Below, in pieces: positions 13,980-27,900 of a stretch of 64,000 nucleotides of DNA. The notes under the pieces were generated by a model. The model made no database searches. It was not told the origin of the DNA and saw nothing but the letters and a program-made list of their open reading frames with translations. The position numbers were made by a program, and so were the translations under genes. Positions within the stretch are counted from its first letter, which is position 1. The number at the start of each line of letters is the position of its first letter. The DNA is from Chiloscyllium plagiosum (taxonomy: Eukaryota): assembly GCF_004010195.1 (NCBI RefSeq), contig NC_057733.1, positions 34,494,021 through 34,558,020 of the forward strand, read 5' to 3'.

Positions 13980-15085
13980 GAAAGCAAAATACTTCAGATA
14001 TTTGAAATTGGAGACAAAACCAAACTTCTGGAAACACTCAGCAGGTCCAGCAGCATCTGTGGACAGAAACAGGGTTAACATTTCAGGTCAAAGGCCTTTC
14101 TTCATAATTCAAGATATATGGAAATGTAATAGGCAGAGCAAGTGAAAAGAACAAAAGAAATCTATTGTAGGTCGGTGAGCAGGAGAAATTAAATGGCAAA
14201 AGATTTCACAATGAGCGAAGACAGTGGTAATGGTTATGGCAAAGAAATAAAATATTTGTTCAGGGTGGCATGAATGCCAGAATAACAAAATCATATCTGA
14301 TAGCAGAGGCAAGGTTAGGACTGACATATGCAAATCAAAGTGAAAATACAACAGGAGAGTTTACTGTATGTTGAACACAATGTTGAATCTAAGTGACCAA
14401 ATTGAAAAATGGGACCCTGTTTCACGAGCTTGAATTGAGCTTCACAGAAACTACACAGACAGAAGACAGAGATGTCAGTGTGAGAACAAGAGGGAGAATT
14501 AAAACGGCAAGATACTGGAAACTCAGGACCGTGCTTATGAACTCAGCAGAGATGTTCCATAAAGTGGCCAGGAACCCCCATTTGATTTGAATGTAGAGAC
14601 CATATTACAAACGGTGAACACATTAAGTTAAAAAAAATTAATTTCAAGCATTGGACAGCGAGAAGGTGAAGGTACTGTGGAAAACCTTCTTGGGAGAGTA
14701 ACTGGACCAGAGTTAGAGGAAAAGATCCTTCGGAATGCAAACGGAAAGGCTTAAGGTGTGCTTGATAGTAGCATTATGCTGCAGGTGAAAGAAAAGGCTA
14801 GAGATGAAATTTTGGATGTTGAAGTTAATTGAGGTGAAAGGCAAGGACAAGGGAAACCATATTGCTGTTCTGTAAGGGATGTTGTGTGAGGAGGAGTGAA
14901 GGAACAAGAGTGGATACAGTACAGATTCCTGACAATCATTGCGGGGGAGGGGAAGCCTTCAGGAAAGATCTATAGATGTAAATTCTAAATTGAAACTTTA
15001 TTGCTGGAACAGCACAGCAGGTCAGGCAGCATCCAGGGAACAGGAGATTCGACATTTCGGGCACAGGCCCTTCTTCAGGAATGAG
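13980..15085 (-). mobile_element. Penelope-like element remnants (old fragment plus younger terminal piece 14985-15085)
   Basis: Terminal motif cagcaggtc(a/c)(g/a)gcagcatc shared with many copies; hammerhead core at 15047-15082. Confidence 0.65.
15047..15082 (-). ncRNA. Minimal type I hammerhead ribozyme motif (Penelope pLTR)
   Basis: AUUC-CUGAAGA-A-GGGC(CUGU)GCCC-GAAA-UG-UC-GAAU. Confidence 0.6.
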
Positions 15086-18000
15086 CAGAGAGTCAGAAAC
15101 ACAAGGTAGAACTGATTGAGAGACTGATTGAAGTTGACTCAATCCTACATGGTTTGAAAGCAAAAAAATGTATTAATCAATATGATGTCTCCAAAGTGTA
15201 GGCTTGCAGTACAATTGAGGATCAATTAAGGGAGTTAATGCCTTGTGTGATCAAGAAGGGGAATAACACAATGGACTTTTGTCATGACCTTCTTCACAAT
15301 TACCATACAGATTTAGTGACAGAGCTGAAATAAAGAAAAGCAGCAGAATACAGCTGTTCAACTTAGAACATATCAAGATCAGACTTAGAATCTCAAATGC
15401 TTTTCTCTCAAAGACTTGATTTTCAACAATTCTTGGAATGTTTCTTTTTTTCCTTCGACTGTGAAGATGGATACAGAGTACTTGTTCAAATCTTCTGCTA
15501 TTTCCTCATTTTCCATTATTAATTCTTCAGTCTCGCCCTTTAAGAGTGCTCATTTTCATTTTGCTTACCTTTTTATACTTGTAGAATATTTACTGTCTGT
15601 TTTTACAATTTTGTTAGTTTTCTCTCATACTCCAATTTCCCCACCTTTAATAATACTGAAGAAAGACATATTTTGTACAAACTTTTTGTCATCCACTCAA
15701 GATAATTTGCAAGAAATACTAGTATAAAGAGAAAACAAGATTTTACTGTGTGACAGACATTCTTCTATTCATTTCTCAGGGTAATGCCTTGAATAATCAG
15801 AGTCAACCTGTCTGATCTAAAATTTAAACAAAGCTGGGCAGTTAACTGTAAGTCATCATCTACCTGGTGCATTTTCCATGGCAATGCCTCTACTAATTAG
15901 ACTCCACTTGAAAATTAATTAGCCCTTGCCGCTCACACAGAATATTTTTCCCCTTTAGTGTGGCATTTCTTGTAGATTCTCCTGATGAGTGCAAGGTCTT
16001 TGCCACATGTGTCTTTTTTCCAGCAATAATCAAGTTCTGTCGTACTAAATGGCAGGTTCTCTGTTTTATTACTTTAGGCATCCTTTGCTGATTCTTAAAA
16101 CTGTCTCAGCTTTCTGCCTTATCACTAATCCTGTACACTTACTCTTTCAACTTAATACCACCCTTTAACTTCCTTAAATAATTATGAATAGTATATCTTT
16201 CTGGTAGAATCTTTCTTCCATCAAGGACTAAATATTTTTTGAGAGTAGTATTTCCCTAAAATACCTGCCACTACATCCTCACCATTTCACCATTTAACCT
16301 ATTTCCCCAGTCCAGTTTAGCTAACTCTATCTCCATACCCTTGTCATTGTCTTTGTTTTAAGTTTAAGCCATTAGTTATGGACCCACATTTCTCACTCAA
16401 ATTGAATATGAAACTTTATCATGTTATGAATGCAATTGCTGAGAGGATCCTTTACTATGAGGTCCTTATTATTCCCACCTCATTAATATTCCCAGGGTCC
16501 AAAATAACCTTGTTCCTGGTAGGTTCCAGGAAACTGTCTTAAATACATTGAAGGAACTCACCTTTCAGATAACTGTTGTTGATTTGCTTTGTCCTGTGTG
16601 CGGGGTTGTGGGACTATGAGGTTGGAGACGGTGGATGGGAGGTCCCCTGAGGTGATGAGGTTATGGATGGTCTGGGAGATGATGGTTTGGTAAATTCTAA
16701 AACAAAGCAGCTTGAAATATAAATATTCATAGTCAACTTTTTTTCATCATTTCAAATTTATAGAAATACAAACAAATATTTTTGATCAAAAGTAGGCAAA
16801 GTGTAAAAGGCAGACATTTGAAATCTTAATTTGCAGATAGATGCCCTTGTGTTATCAAGCACACAAATCCTTGCAAGTTTCCCTTGCAACAGAAATTCCT
16901 CAACTTGGACGAATTTTGAGGAGGACCACAACCAGGGGAAAATAAGCCTGAAGAGATCTTTAATCCAGGGTATATGGGGCCATGAAGTGAAATTTTAGGG
17001 TCCAAGAGCACATTATACCAGCTGTGCTCCCACTCCTGCTCGGCCTCTGTACTCTATTCCCTCTGTTCTCACTGAGGAATTGAGACAATTTAAAAGCCTG
17101 AACACTGGGTCAAAATGGGAAAACAATCTGGAAAGCACTGCCCTTGCCTCTCCACATGGCAGTTATGGGAAGATTCACCAAACAGCAACTTTCATCCAAT
17201 GAATGGATTACCATGATCATACTGAGTGGCAGAGTGGACTTGCAGGGCTGAATGAATGGCCTGTTTCTGGGACTACTTGCTGTACCTGGAGTTGTCAAGA
17301 CTCAACAGTCCCACTCTCAACTGAAGACAACACTATAAATTTATGGAACTAATTTGTGGAAACTCAGAAGAGATTTTTAAAAAATAATAGTACATATTGT
17401 TCTTACCCTCAAGGAATTCTAAGAAAAATATAGCATTTTTGGTATTTCACCAAATTTCAAGTCATTTGGTCAAAGCAAATAGGTTTTATATAAAATTGTG
17501 TTACATTCATTTGTGCCACAATGCCAGGGGAGCACTGACTGTTGATGCAGTGTTGGTCTCACTGTCACTGTCTGAGTTAGTTGCTGCATTAAAACAAACC
17601 TGTTGGCTTGTCACAAACTAATGTTACATTTGCAGTCCTTAACTACTTGCAACTTCTTGTATTCATTTTATCTAACATGTACAACTGCTCCCCTATAAAA
17701 TACACTTTTGATGCTTCAACAAGTACAGAATATAATCAAGATATATTATTTCAGCAATCAAACTTCTCAACTTCCAATAAGCTCAGCTTGTAATATTGTT
17801 TGGTAAAACTCAAATGAAATTGAATAAAGTACGTTACAAATGTATTCTGTTGTTGGATTCGAAATAATGCCTCTGGGTTTAAACATCCCAACTAAGTTCC
17901 AACTCAGCTATTAGACAGGACTGAAGGGGTTTCCTGCACAGTCTTTTTTTGTGGGTGGTTGGGGGGGTACAGGCTGTAGGGTGAGGGAAGTATGGCATTT

Positions 18001-19129
18001 AATTTAGCTAATTTATTTTGTTATGTGCTTATAACTGCGACAAGTAAATCAGTGCTGTGTGGGAGATTCGATGTCTCGGTAAGTGTAGTACTTTCTCTCC
18101 CTAGAGTTTACTGCAGGGCCTTTATAATAAATCCACAGCCAGTCATTGTCACCAAATAAGTGTTAGACTATGTAAACAGACAGCTTTACTACACAATTTC
18201 GTATGGTAGTTCTGATTCCAACTTGCAAGATTCCAACTTGCCATTTTCTATCACACTTCCAATTGGTAATAGAAGTTGCACTGTTTTTATAAATACTGCA
18301 TGCTGGAAATGAAAGTTTTACATTCATGGTCATCTAAATTGTGGTAATTCAGAATAGCAAAAAATGCTAGAATCTTATCTATGGTTCCACTTCTCACAGT
18401 TAACAAACAGCAACATAGATTATTGATTTGTTTTTCAAATTTCATTGCTTGCAATAGGCACAACTCAATGATTGGGAAGAAGTTCTAAAACATTTTAGCT
18501 TTTTTAAAAAAAGTAAATCTGCACTCTAAATATTAATGTAGCATTTTGTTTGAATAAAGTCACTTTATAGACTGTACCATGTGGAGGCTCATAAATTATG
18601 ATCTTGTAAATCACTGAGGCTAATAATGATCCTTCTTAGTGTATTCTATTAATCTAAATGGATCAGGTAAGCAAGGACATGGTTTGATCCGCCCGAAATC
18701 TGTCATTTCTTATTTGTGACCTTTTAGATGAAACTTATGATCTATTAAATTCAGCACCAAAGCAAACCAGAAGCAGAAATTAATAGCACTGGATCAGAGC
18801 ATTGCAATTGTGGTCATAAATGTAGAGTTTGCCAATTAGTCAGGAAGTTTACACTTGCATGTTAAATTGTCATCACCTTCAAAACATAATGCATGCTTTT
18901 CAATCCTTCCTCTAATTGCACTTCCTTTCCATATTTCAGAGTTTTGGAAGATTCTCATAACATCAAAAGGAAAATTAGACAAATGCATTCTTCTAATTTA
19001 CATCTATTTATTGCAATGATATCCATGGGCAAGTCCTGAGGTGTGGAGTCATTCCTTTGGAAATGCTTCACTGTTATCTCCTAACTGACTGGATGGAGAA
19101 TATCCAATCAAAATTCTATTGGTATATTG

Positions 19130-20220
19130 GAAAAAGTATGTAAAGTAGCAGAGAGATCCTTCAAAGATGTTACTGGAAATTGATAACAGCAACAGGGAAA
19201 TGGCAGATAGTTTAAACCAATATTCTGCAGTCTTCATGATGGAGAGCTCTGAAAGCATCTCAAAGGTATCAGATAAGCAAGATGCTAAGGAAGGTAAATT
19301 TCTAAGAGGCATTCATTAAGTTACTGCAAAAGATAGGTATTTTATTTGCATGGACTGAGGATTGGTTAATACACAGAATACAAAAATTGGGATTAATAGT
19401 TCTTTTTCAGGTTAGAAATATATAACTGGTGAAGTGCCCTAAGGATTAGTCCTAGTGCCTCAATTATTTACTACCTATAAAAAGATGATAATTGGAATTC
19501 TGACGTTTCTTGCTAGGCGATTAGAGTTGAAAAAAAGAAGAAATGTTAAAACATGGAGAACTGCATATAGTTTTGGCTTAAAAAAGGAGAGACAGACTTC
19601 GGACGTATCGCCAGAGGGTTCATGTGGTCGATTTCTGGGAAGGGGTTGGCATATCAAGAATAGTTGAACAGATTAGGCTTTCATTCATTTCAGTTTAGAA
19701 GAATGAATGGTGCTCTTATTGAAAAAAAATTTTGAGGGGGCTTGACAGGTTAGCTGTTTTGAAAATACTTCCATTAGTGGGGCATCTCAAGCTGGAGGAC
19801 ACAATTACAGTCATTTAAAATTGAGACACAAAGGAATTTCTTTTCTCAGGAGGGTAATAAATGTCTGGAATTCTCTACCCAGAAAGTTATGGAGGCGAGA
19901 TCATGGACAGTATTAAACAGATAGACAATCTTATTTTTAATAAAGTTAAAAATCACACAACACCAGGTTATAGTCCAACAGGTTTAATTGGACTATAACC
20001 TGGTGTTTTGTGACTTTTAACTTTGTACACCCCAGTCCAAGACCAGCATCTCCAAATCATGACTATTATTTTTAATAAATAGAGGAACTGAAGAATATGA
20101 AGGAATTGGCACAAAAGAGGAGTGAGACCTGGGGCAGATCAGCCATGAGATTGTAAATTGATGGTGCAGGTTTGAGATAAATGTCCTACTCCTGTTCCCA
20201 ATTCTCAGGTCATATGTTCT
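19130..20220 (+). mobile_element. Degenerate CR1 LINE fragments with a nested fold-back insertion
   Basis: CR1 ORF2 motifs (LNQYSAVF, FFSQ...VWNSLP); interrupted at 19945-20065. Confidence 0.7.
19942..20065. mobile_element. Penelope-terminus-derived fold-back (37-bp inverted arms)
   Basis: Arms 19942-19978 and 19988-20024; 14-bp flanking direct repeat ttatttttaataaa (19931-19944, 20066-20079); same terminus at 57070-57106. Confidence 0.75.
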
Positions 20221-21647
20221 AACATCTGAACCCACATTTTATTCCTGATTTTTGACCCATTTATACTACATCATTTTAGTACTACTGAACCCAAATGAGA
20301 ACACATGCGCCTGAGGCAATTACTGTCTTTCAAGAAGGGACGGAAATAATACATGTTTGAAATGACATTTGAAATTGTTTTCATTATGCAATTTGTTTCT
20401 CTGCTCAGAAATAGAAATAAGGTCAAACTTAAATTGCTAAAGTTAATGTACATCAATATGCATTTATTTTTCCTTTTAAAAGTGAAACATTTACTACATT
20501 TTTAAAACAACTGAAAATAAAGTCCAGTAATCACTGCACTTCGTATAAACTTTCAACAAATGACCAAATCTGACCTAAAGCAGCTTGTGATCGTGTATAA
20601 TAAATATCAGACAAAACAATTACCTGCAGATATTATGAGGATTGAAAAAAAAAGTAGTACCTCATATACATATTTATTACTCTCGTATGAGTGAGCAATT
20701 GATGAATACAACGTATTACTTTACTATGTCTACAGTACAGCATTATAAACGGTTCCACTGTGGCAATAACCGCAATATGTTCCTCAACTGTGTCCATCCC
20801 AGAGTACATTCACACATCTTAACAACATAACGATAAAGATTACCTCAACATACATTTACTTTAATGCTTATCCAACAAATATTGCAGTTACTCCGAAAAT
20901 ACTACTACAGCATTTTATTGGAGAAATTAAAATTAAATATTTACTAACCTGAATTTAAATCCCTGTTTTATTTGCGCTTTGCGCATGGCTATTAACAGAA
21001 GTAAAATTAAAACGGGAACGCTGTAGATGCTACAAATCTGAAATAAAGCCCAATACATAAACCTGGCTTTTACATAAGTGCATTTTAAGAATTTCCTACT
21101 GTTGACTTAATTTGAACTTTGCAAGCTTCTTCTAATTATCTTTTGATAACATTAAGTGATGAGAGGGACAGTGAATTCTAAGTGTTCTTTAAAAATTAGC
21201 TTCGCTACTAGAAGTACTTAAGTATTCGATTCCATTGTGATCTGTTATCCAAAATTTAATGTTGATTTAAAAATGTGGAAATATTGCAAAGTTTTAATTT
21301 TACACTAAAAATTTGTTCGGGATTGTTTTTTGATTTGAGATGATCAAACATTTTGCAAACAATCATAATTCCACAGTCAAGACAACTTTCTACTTTGCTA
21401 ACATGTACAAATTTAGTTCCAACACATTTATTAATTTCACATTCAATTTTATCCTACTTTAAACAACATATTTATAGCTTTAATTCTAGAAATTGGCAAT
21501 ATACAGCATTACTAGTGAAAGTCTGAAGTTCCAATAAATACCACACTTTAAAAGAATAGTTACACGGATGCTGAAAACCTGCAGTGGAAATGAGAAATGA
21601 AAGATTTTGAAGAATTGACAGTCAAATATGAAAGGTAGGGTACTCAC

Positions 21648-21791
21648 GACAAACATGAAGAGTGTGTAAAATATGAGAGCCATAGCACTGAAGGACTGGA
21701 TAGAGGCCATCATGTTCCGTTGCAAACTCAGTGGCAGCACTATAAATACAGAGACTGCAAATAGCAAGAATGCTCGAAATCCTGGAGTTAC
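21648..21791 (-). CDS. SLC38A10: SLC38A10 coding exon 5 ([48 protein letters not shown])
   Basis: Acceptor ttctttag|GTA, donor GTC|gtgagt; 144 nt; ORF 21486..21767. Confidence 0.96.
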
Positions 21792-22719
21792 CTAAAGAAA
21801 AAAAAAAGATAGTGAAAGTGCAAAATGATGTTAGAACTCCATCGTGCCAACAGGTTACTGCACAAGTTCATTTCTTATAACAAGGTATGGTCCTCCAGTA
21901 AACAGATTACATGAACAAAAAATGCAATATACCTAAAAATATAAATCATTGGAGTAATAATATTATAATTTAATCAGAGCGTTCAAACAAGGTCAGAACT
22001 AAGCAACATGAATCTTGAAGGGTTTATGGTTGTCACTTGAAACTCAAGATTAAATTGTAGTCTTCTATTCTTCGTTTATCATCTATTTTTATAAAAAAAA
22101 TTCAGATTTGCTCAAGGGAGTACAATAATAATGTCAGTTATAGGCAGCATCAAAAATATAACAGCAGCAGTTGGTGTAAGGTCATTGTAAGGTCATCATA
22201 GAAGATTATTACTGTCAGAAAATTCAAAAGAATAATAGAACACTATAGAAATCAGGGAGTGAGTTACAAAGCTGTCAATCTGTTGAGGACTTAACTGACT
22301 TCACAAGCATTCAGAATGAAACTCAGACTTTGGTAGATACTTGCACCCCAAAATGAAAATATTGCCAGAAAGATTTGGCAGCTCATTTATATGCATGATT
22401 TTAGAGTGCTTTAATTATAGTGCAGCTTAAGAATTGAAATCAAAATGACAAAAGAAAGATGGAGTACAAATCAAATGTTTCCAAGTTTATGATCTGCATA
22501 ACATATATTATTTAGCCACTTCAGGAAGATCACCCCCCGACCGCCACCGCCCCATAAATGGATAATACTTCTATTAGCTCATTGCTTGGAATAACTAGAT
22601 CATAAAACGTTGCATATTTTATTTGGCTGAGGGGTGCAACTTCATAATTGCATTTGTGTGCCACTCTTGAAAGTAAACCTTTTTGAACTCAATTTATACT
22701 CTATGCAAAATCCACTTAC

Positions 22720-22813
22720 CTGAAGTCCAAGCAATTGAGCAAAGAAATTGGATCCTAAATCAGCAATAACGACGTAAAAAGCGATACAGGTACCTAACAT
22801 CAAACCAATCAAG
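22720..22813 (-). CDS. SLC38A10: SLC38A10 coding exon 4 ([31 protein letters not shown])
   Basis: Acceptor tttctag|C, donor CAG|gtaagt; 94 nt; ORF 22642..22872. Confidence 0.96.
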
Positions 22814-23141
22814 CTAGAAAGTAAACAGAAGCCCATAATTAATAGCCTGAAATAAAATTTAACCCTCACCATTTACCCTAAGCCATAGCAAGCTTAGAGG
22901 TAGCTGCACCACATCATGATATAAACTCACAGAGACCAGCGCATATCTTGAGTTTTATATTCCATCTGCAGGGTTTTATAGATTATTTCAGCTGGAATGA
23001 TTGCAGAAACCTTCAACAGACCTCAATAAAATGAGCTAAATGGAAAAATACAAACAAAAATATATAATGTCTCTTAGCTCATACATTTGATCACTATCTA
23101 GGAACCTTTGGAGGAAATTTGAGGGTGGTGGAGGAGGGCTG

Positions 23142-23364
23142 TTTTTCAGACTGGAGGCCTGTGACCAGTGGAGTGCCACAATGATCGGTGCTGGGTCTGC
23201 TACTTTTTGTCATTTACATAAATGATTTGGATGCGAGCATGAGAGGTACAGTTAGTAAGTTTGCAGACGACACCAAAATTGGAGGGGTAGTGGACAGTGA
23301 AGAGGGTTACCTCCGATTACAACAGGATCTGGACCAGATGGGCCAATGGGCTGAGGAGTGGTAG
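23142..23364 (+). mobile_element. CR1 RT internal fragment
   Basis: Near-identical to 51190-51420 (VTSGVPQ.SVL..., SKFADDTKIGG). Confidence 0.9.
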
Positions 23365-24220
23365 AAATCACAAATGTGGAAGCTGCTACTGAAGAAAACT
23401 TTGTTACGTTGCTGTAGTGCATGTACTGCATGATAGACACTGCTAGCACTACATGGTGGTGATGGAGAGGAAATGAATCTTGAAGGTGGTGGATGGGGGC
23501 TACCAATGCAAGCAGGATGCTTTGTCCTGGATTGTTTGCGCTTCAATATATTCTTGGACCTTCATCCATCTAGGCAAGTGGAGAATAGTGCATTAACTCC
23601 TGCCTTGTTTCATCGACGGTGGGCAGGCATCAGAGAGGTAAGTGCTTACCAAAGAAATTTCTAGCATCTGACATGTGCATATGTGTGCGCACGCATCAGT
23701 GTGTGACTACTGCAACTCCAATTTTCTGCTCAATAATAACCCAAGGGCTGCTGATAGTGGTCAGTAATATTCATGCTACTGAATTTCGAGGTGGTTAATC
23801 AGATTTATTCTTTTTGGAAATGGTCAGTGACTGCAACTTGTGTCCCAAAAATGTTAGCAGCCCAAATCTGATTATTGTCCAGGTCTTGTCATTTGAACAG
23901 ACAGCCTTCATATTGGGAAAAAAACTCCAAATGGTGCTGGACATCATGCAATCATCAGTGAATGATCTTGTGGAGAAAGAAAAAGGTCATTGATGAAACA
24001 GCTGAAGATGGTTGGGCATAGAAACTCCTGGAGTGACAGGTCACATATATACAGAATAAACACTGATGTGGTTGTTATTAGGCTAGTTTATAATTTCAGA
24101 TTGTATTGAATTCAAACTTCACCATCTGCCATGAAAAGATTTGAATCCATGCCGCCAGAACCTTTGCCTGGGATTCCAGATTACTCATCCAGTTACAATA
24201 CCGCTTCTCCACCACCTCTC
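23365..24220 (-). mobile_element. Internally deleted copy of the tRNA-headed LINE (SINE head plus 3' half of RT)
   Basis: Reverse complement resembles 27500-28150; head resembling 28720-28820 at 24100-24220. Confidence 0.55.
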
Positions 24221-24913
24221 AAAAACTATTTAAAAGAAAATCTCCCTCTGAGGACACAGGCTAGAGTAGTCACTTACTTCGGCAATGAAAAAGTCACTGC
24301 TTCACAAAATCTCAAATTCTTAGGCCTTTCCAGAAGTAGATTCATATCAATTATAATGTACAACTTCAAAACTATAGGGTGAAGGTAAAGTCATCCAGTG
24401 GAGACAATTTCAAAATTAGGACAAAATACTTAGAAAAGTCAAATCACCAACCTAGCATTCAAGTTCGATTTACTGCAATACATTTATGTGGCAATGTAAA
24501 AGCAGCCCAGTACACAGTTACAAAGCAATTTGAAACACGTCTTTTCAGGAAGCATTTCACAATGCTGCATTTTAACCAAAGATGCAAAAAAGATGCCAAG
24601 CAGTAGAGGCCTGTCCTTTCAGTCCAAGTCAATTACACTCTAATTACTGAAGAAAGGAAGTCTATAATTAGTGAAGAACATTGCTCTACAATTATTTGGC
24701 TGCATGGATTAGTTGTCAAGACTGAAATATTACAGTTTAAATTGTAAACGACCTCTAGAGTAATGTGATAGCGTTCTAATAAGATACAAGTGTTAACTCT
24801 TAACAGTCTAAGATGAAAGTTATTTTGCTTTTATGTGCCTTAACATCCTACACTTATTTCACTTACTTATTTTGTCTTTTCTTATCTGTGGAGCACTCAA
24901 GGAATTATTTTTA

Positions 24914-27900
24914 GGGGAGGAGCTGGCCTTGTGCTATTATCCCTAAGCTTCTAATTCAGAAATTCAGATAACATTCTGGGGACTCAGGGTCAAATCCCAC
25001 CATGAGAGATAGTGGAATTTTAATTTAATAAAAAACATGGAATTAAGAATCTACTGATGATCACAGAACCACTGTCGATTGTTAGAAACACACATTTGGT
25101 TCATGAATGCCCTTCAGGAAAGGAAATCTGCCACACTCACCTGGTCTGGCCTACATGTGACTTCAGACCCATAGAAATATGGTGGAGTTGTATCAATTGT
25201 TACGAAGTCCCAATAAAGAAATGACGCTGGACAAACCACCTAGTGTTGCCCTAGGCACCAAAAAGACAGCAACAGAGGCAGCTCTGTCAACCCTTCAAAA
25301 TCCTCATCTTCTGAGGGCTAGTGGTGAAATTGGGAGCACTGTCTAGCAGACTTGTTAAGCAACAGCCTGACAGTTACACTCTCAGAATCATATCTTACAG
25401 AAAATGTCCCAGACATCATCCCTGGATATGTCCTATCCCATCAGCAGGATAGGTGGCAGAACAGTGGTACACAGCTGGGATGGAGCTGCACTGGGAGTCC
25501 TCGACATTGACTCCAGACAGCATTAAGTTTCATGGCTTCAGGTTAACGGAGAAAGGAACCTTTTGCTGGTTACCATAAACAGTCCTCCCTCGGCTGATGA
25601 ATCTGTACTCCTTAATATTGAACAACATTTGGTGGAGGCATCGAGGATGGCAAAGGCAAAGTGCAAAAGCACTGCTAATCATGCTGGTGAGGTCCTAAAG
25701 GGCATAGCAACTGGACTGCATCTGGTGAGGAAACCACCAACAGGGAAAAACATACTTGACCTCATCCTTACCAATCTGCTGGCTGCACATGCATCTGTCC
25801 ATGACAGTATCAGCAAGAGTGACCACTGAACCATCCTGATAGAGATGAAGTCTTGCCTTCACGTTGTTTGGCACTGCCACAAGGGTAAATGGCACAGACT
25901 TGAAACAGATCTAGCAACACAATGCTGGACATCCATGAAGTACTGTGGGCCATCAACCTCATGCCTAGCATATCCCCCACTCGACTACTAGCATCAAGCT
26001 AGGCAATCAACCCAAGACAGTACAAGACAGCATGCCAGGAACAGCACTAGGTAAATCTTAACATGAGGTTTAAACCTGGTCAAGCTACCAAACAGGACTA
26101 TTTACATACTAATCAGCACAAGCAGCAAGCGATAGACTCGGCTAAGCGATCCCACAGCCAACGGATCAGATCTAAGCTTTGCAGTCCTACCACATCAGTC
26201 ACGAATGGTGGCAGACATTTAACAACTCACTTGAAGGGACGGTTCCACAAATATTCTCAATGATGAAACAGCCCAAAATATCAATGCATCAGCCCAAAAC
26301 ATACGAGGTTGACGCATTCACACCAATTTTCAGTCAGAAGTGCCCAGCAGCTTCCTCTAGTGGTCCCCAGCATCACCGATACCAGGCTTCAGCCAATGGA
26401 GGCACTGGATACTGCAAAAGCTACAGGTCCAGAAATCATTCCAGCAATAACACGAAGACTTGTGCTCCAGAACTAGCCACTCCCCTAACTAATCTCTTCC
26501 AGTACAGCGACAACACTGGAATCTACCCAACAAGTGGATATTTGCCTAGGTATATCCTGTATACAAAAAGTAGGTGTGGTGTAAAATTATGTCCCAATAC
26601 ATGTGTGAATCATAATGTAACACATGTATTGGGCCAAGCAGTGGAATGTGGTGAAACGGTTAAAAAATTATGTCCCAATACATGTGTGAATCTAACCGGA
26701 ATGGAGGTGTTGCTTAGTCCCGTGTGAATCTTATTACACACCTCCCCGTGTGAATCTTCTTATCTGTATGTAACCAGAATGGAATGTGTTTTTTAGCCTT
26801 GCTCTGCTGTTCACATGAATGTTTATATCTGGAAAAGAGTATATCAGCTGGAAAAGTCTCCAGTTCGGGGAGTCTGCTCCGGGGTTACGTTTAACCGCCG
26901 AGCGTGGGTTGTTGGCAACCGCTCTACGAGAACTGACGGCTCCCAGTTCCGGTAACATGTAGAGTGAGTATAAGCCAGACCCGTTGGTTGTGGCGACGCT
27001 GCGGGGAATAAAATGCTCATATTCTAGCAGACTCGCCTCTTGGTCGTTTGTTCTGTGTCAGACTACTCTCCTACGAACCTGACCTTGAGAATTTTTTAAA
27101 ACAGTAGGACAATCCAGCCCAGCCAATTACCACTCCACCAGTCGACTCTTAATCCTCAGTAAAGTGATGGAATGTGTCACGAACAGTGCTACGAAGCTGC
27201 AACTGCTCAGCAATAACCTGCTCAATGATGCCCAGTTGGGTTCAGTCAGGTCCATTCAGCTCCTGATGTCATTACAGCCTTGGCTCAAATTCAGACAAAA
27301 AGAACTAAATTCCAGAGGTGAGAATGGCGGCCCTTGACATCAAGGCTGCAGTAATCCAAGCATGACATCAGGAAAGCATAGCAAAACTGGACAATGAGGC
27401 AAACTTTCCACTGGTTGGAGTCATGCTTGGCATAAAGAAACATAGTTGTAGTTGTTGAAGGTTAGTCACCTCAGCTCAGGACATGGCTGCTGAAATTCCT
27501 CTGGCCCAATGGTTTTCAGCTGTTCCATTAATGACCTTCCCTCAATCATAAGATCAGAATTGGGAAAGTTTGCCTCGGATTGTGCAATGTTCAGCAGTAT
27601 TCAAGACTCTTCAGATACCGAAGCAGTCCATGTTCAAATGCAGCAAGATCTGAACAATATCTATGCTGGAGTTCACAACTTGCAAGTAATATACGCACCA
27701 AAAAATGCTAGGCAATGACCATTACCACTAAGATACAATCTAACCACTCTGCCTGGACATTCAACAGTGTTGCCATCACTGAATCCCTCACTATCAACAT
27801 CCTGCACTTAGCAATGACCAGAAACTCAAGTGGGCTTGCCACATAAACACAGTGGCTACAAGAGCAAGTCAGAGGCTAGGAATACTGCGGCAAGAAATTC

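Noticed and set aside
26179-26727. 182-aa ORF with repeated KLCPNTCVN
   Set aside because: Chance chimera running from the decayed LINE into the solo LTR's 29-bp repeats; not a gene
26583-26760. Spaced direct repeats resembling a CRISPR array
   Set aside because: Only two full units, irregular spacing, inside an LTR in vertebrate DNA; no cas genes
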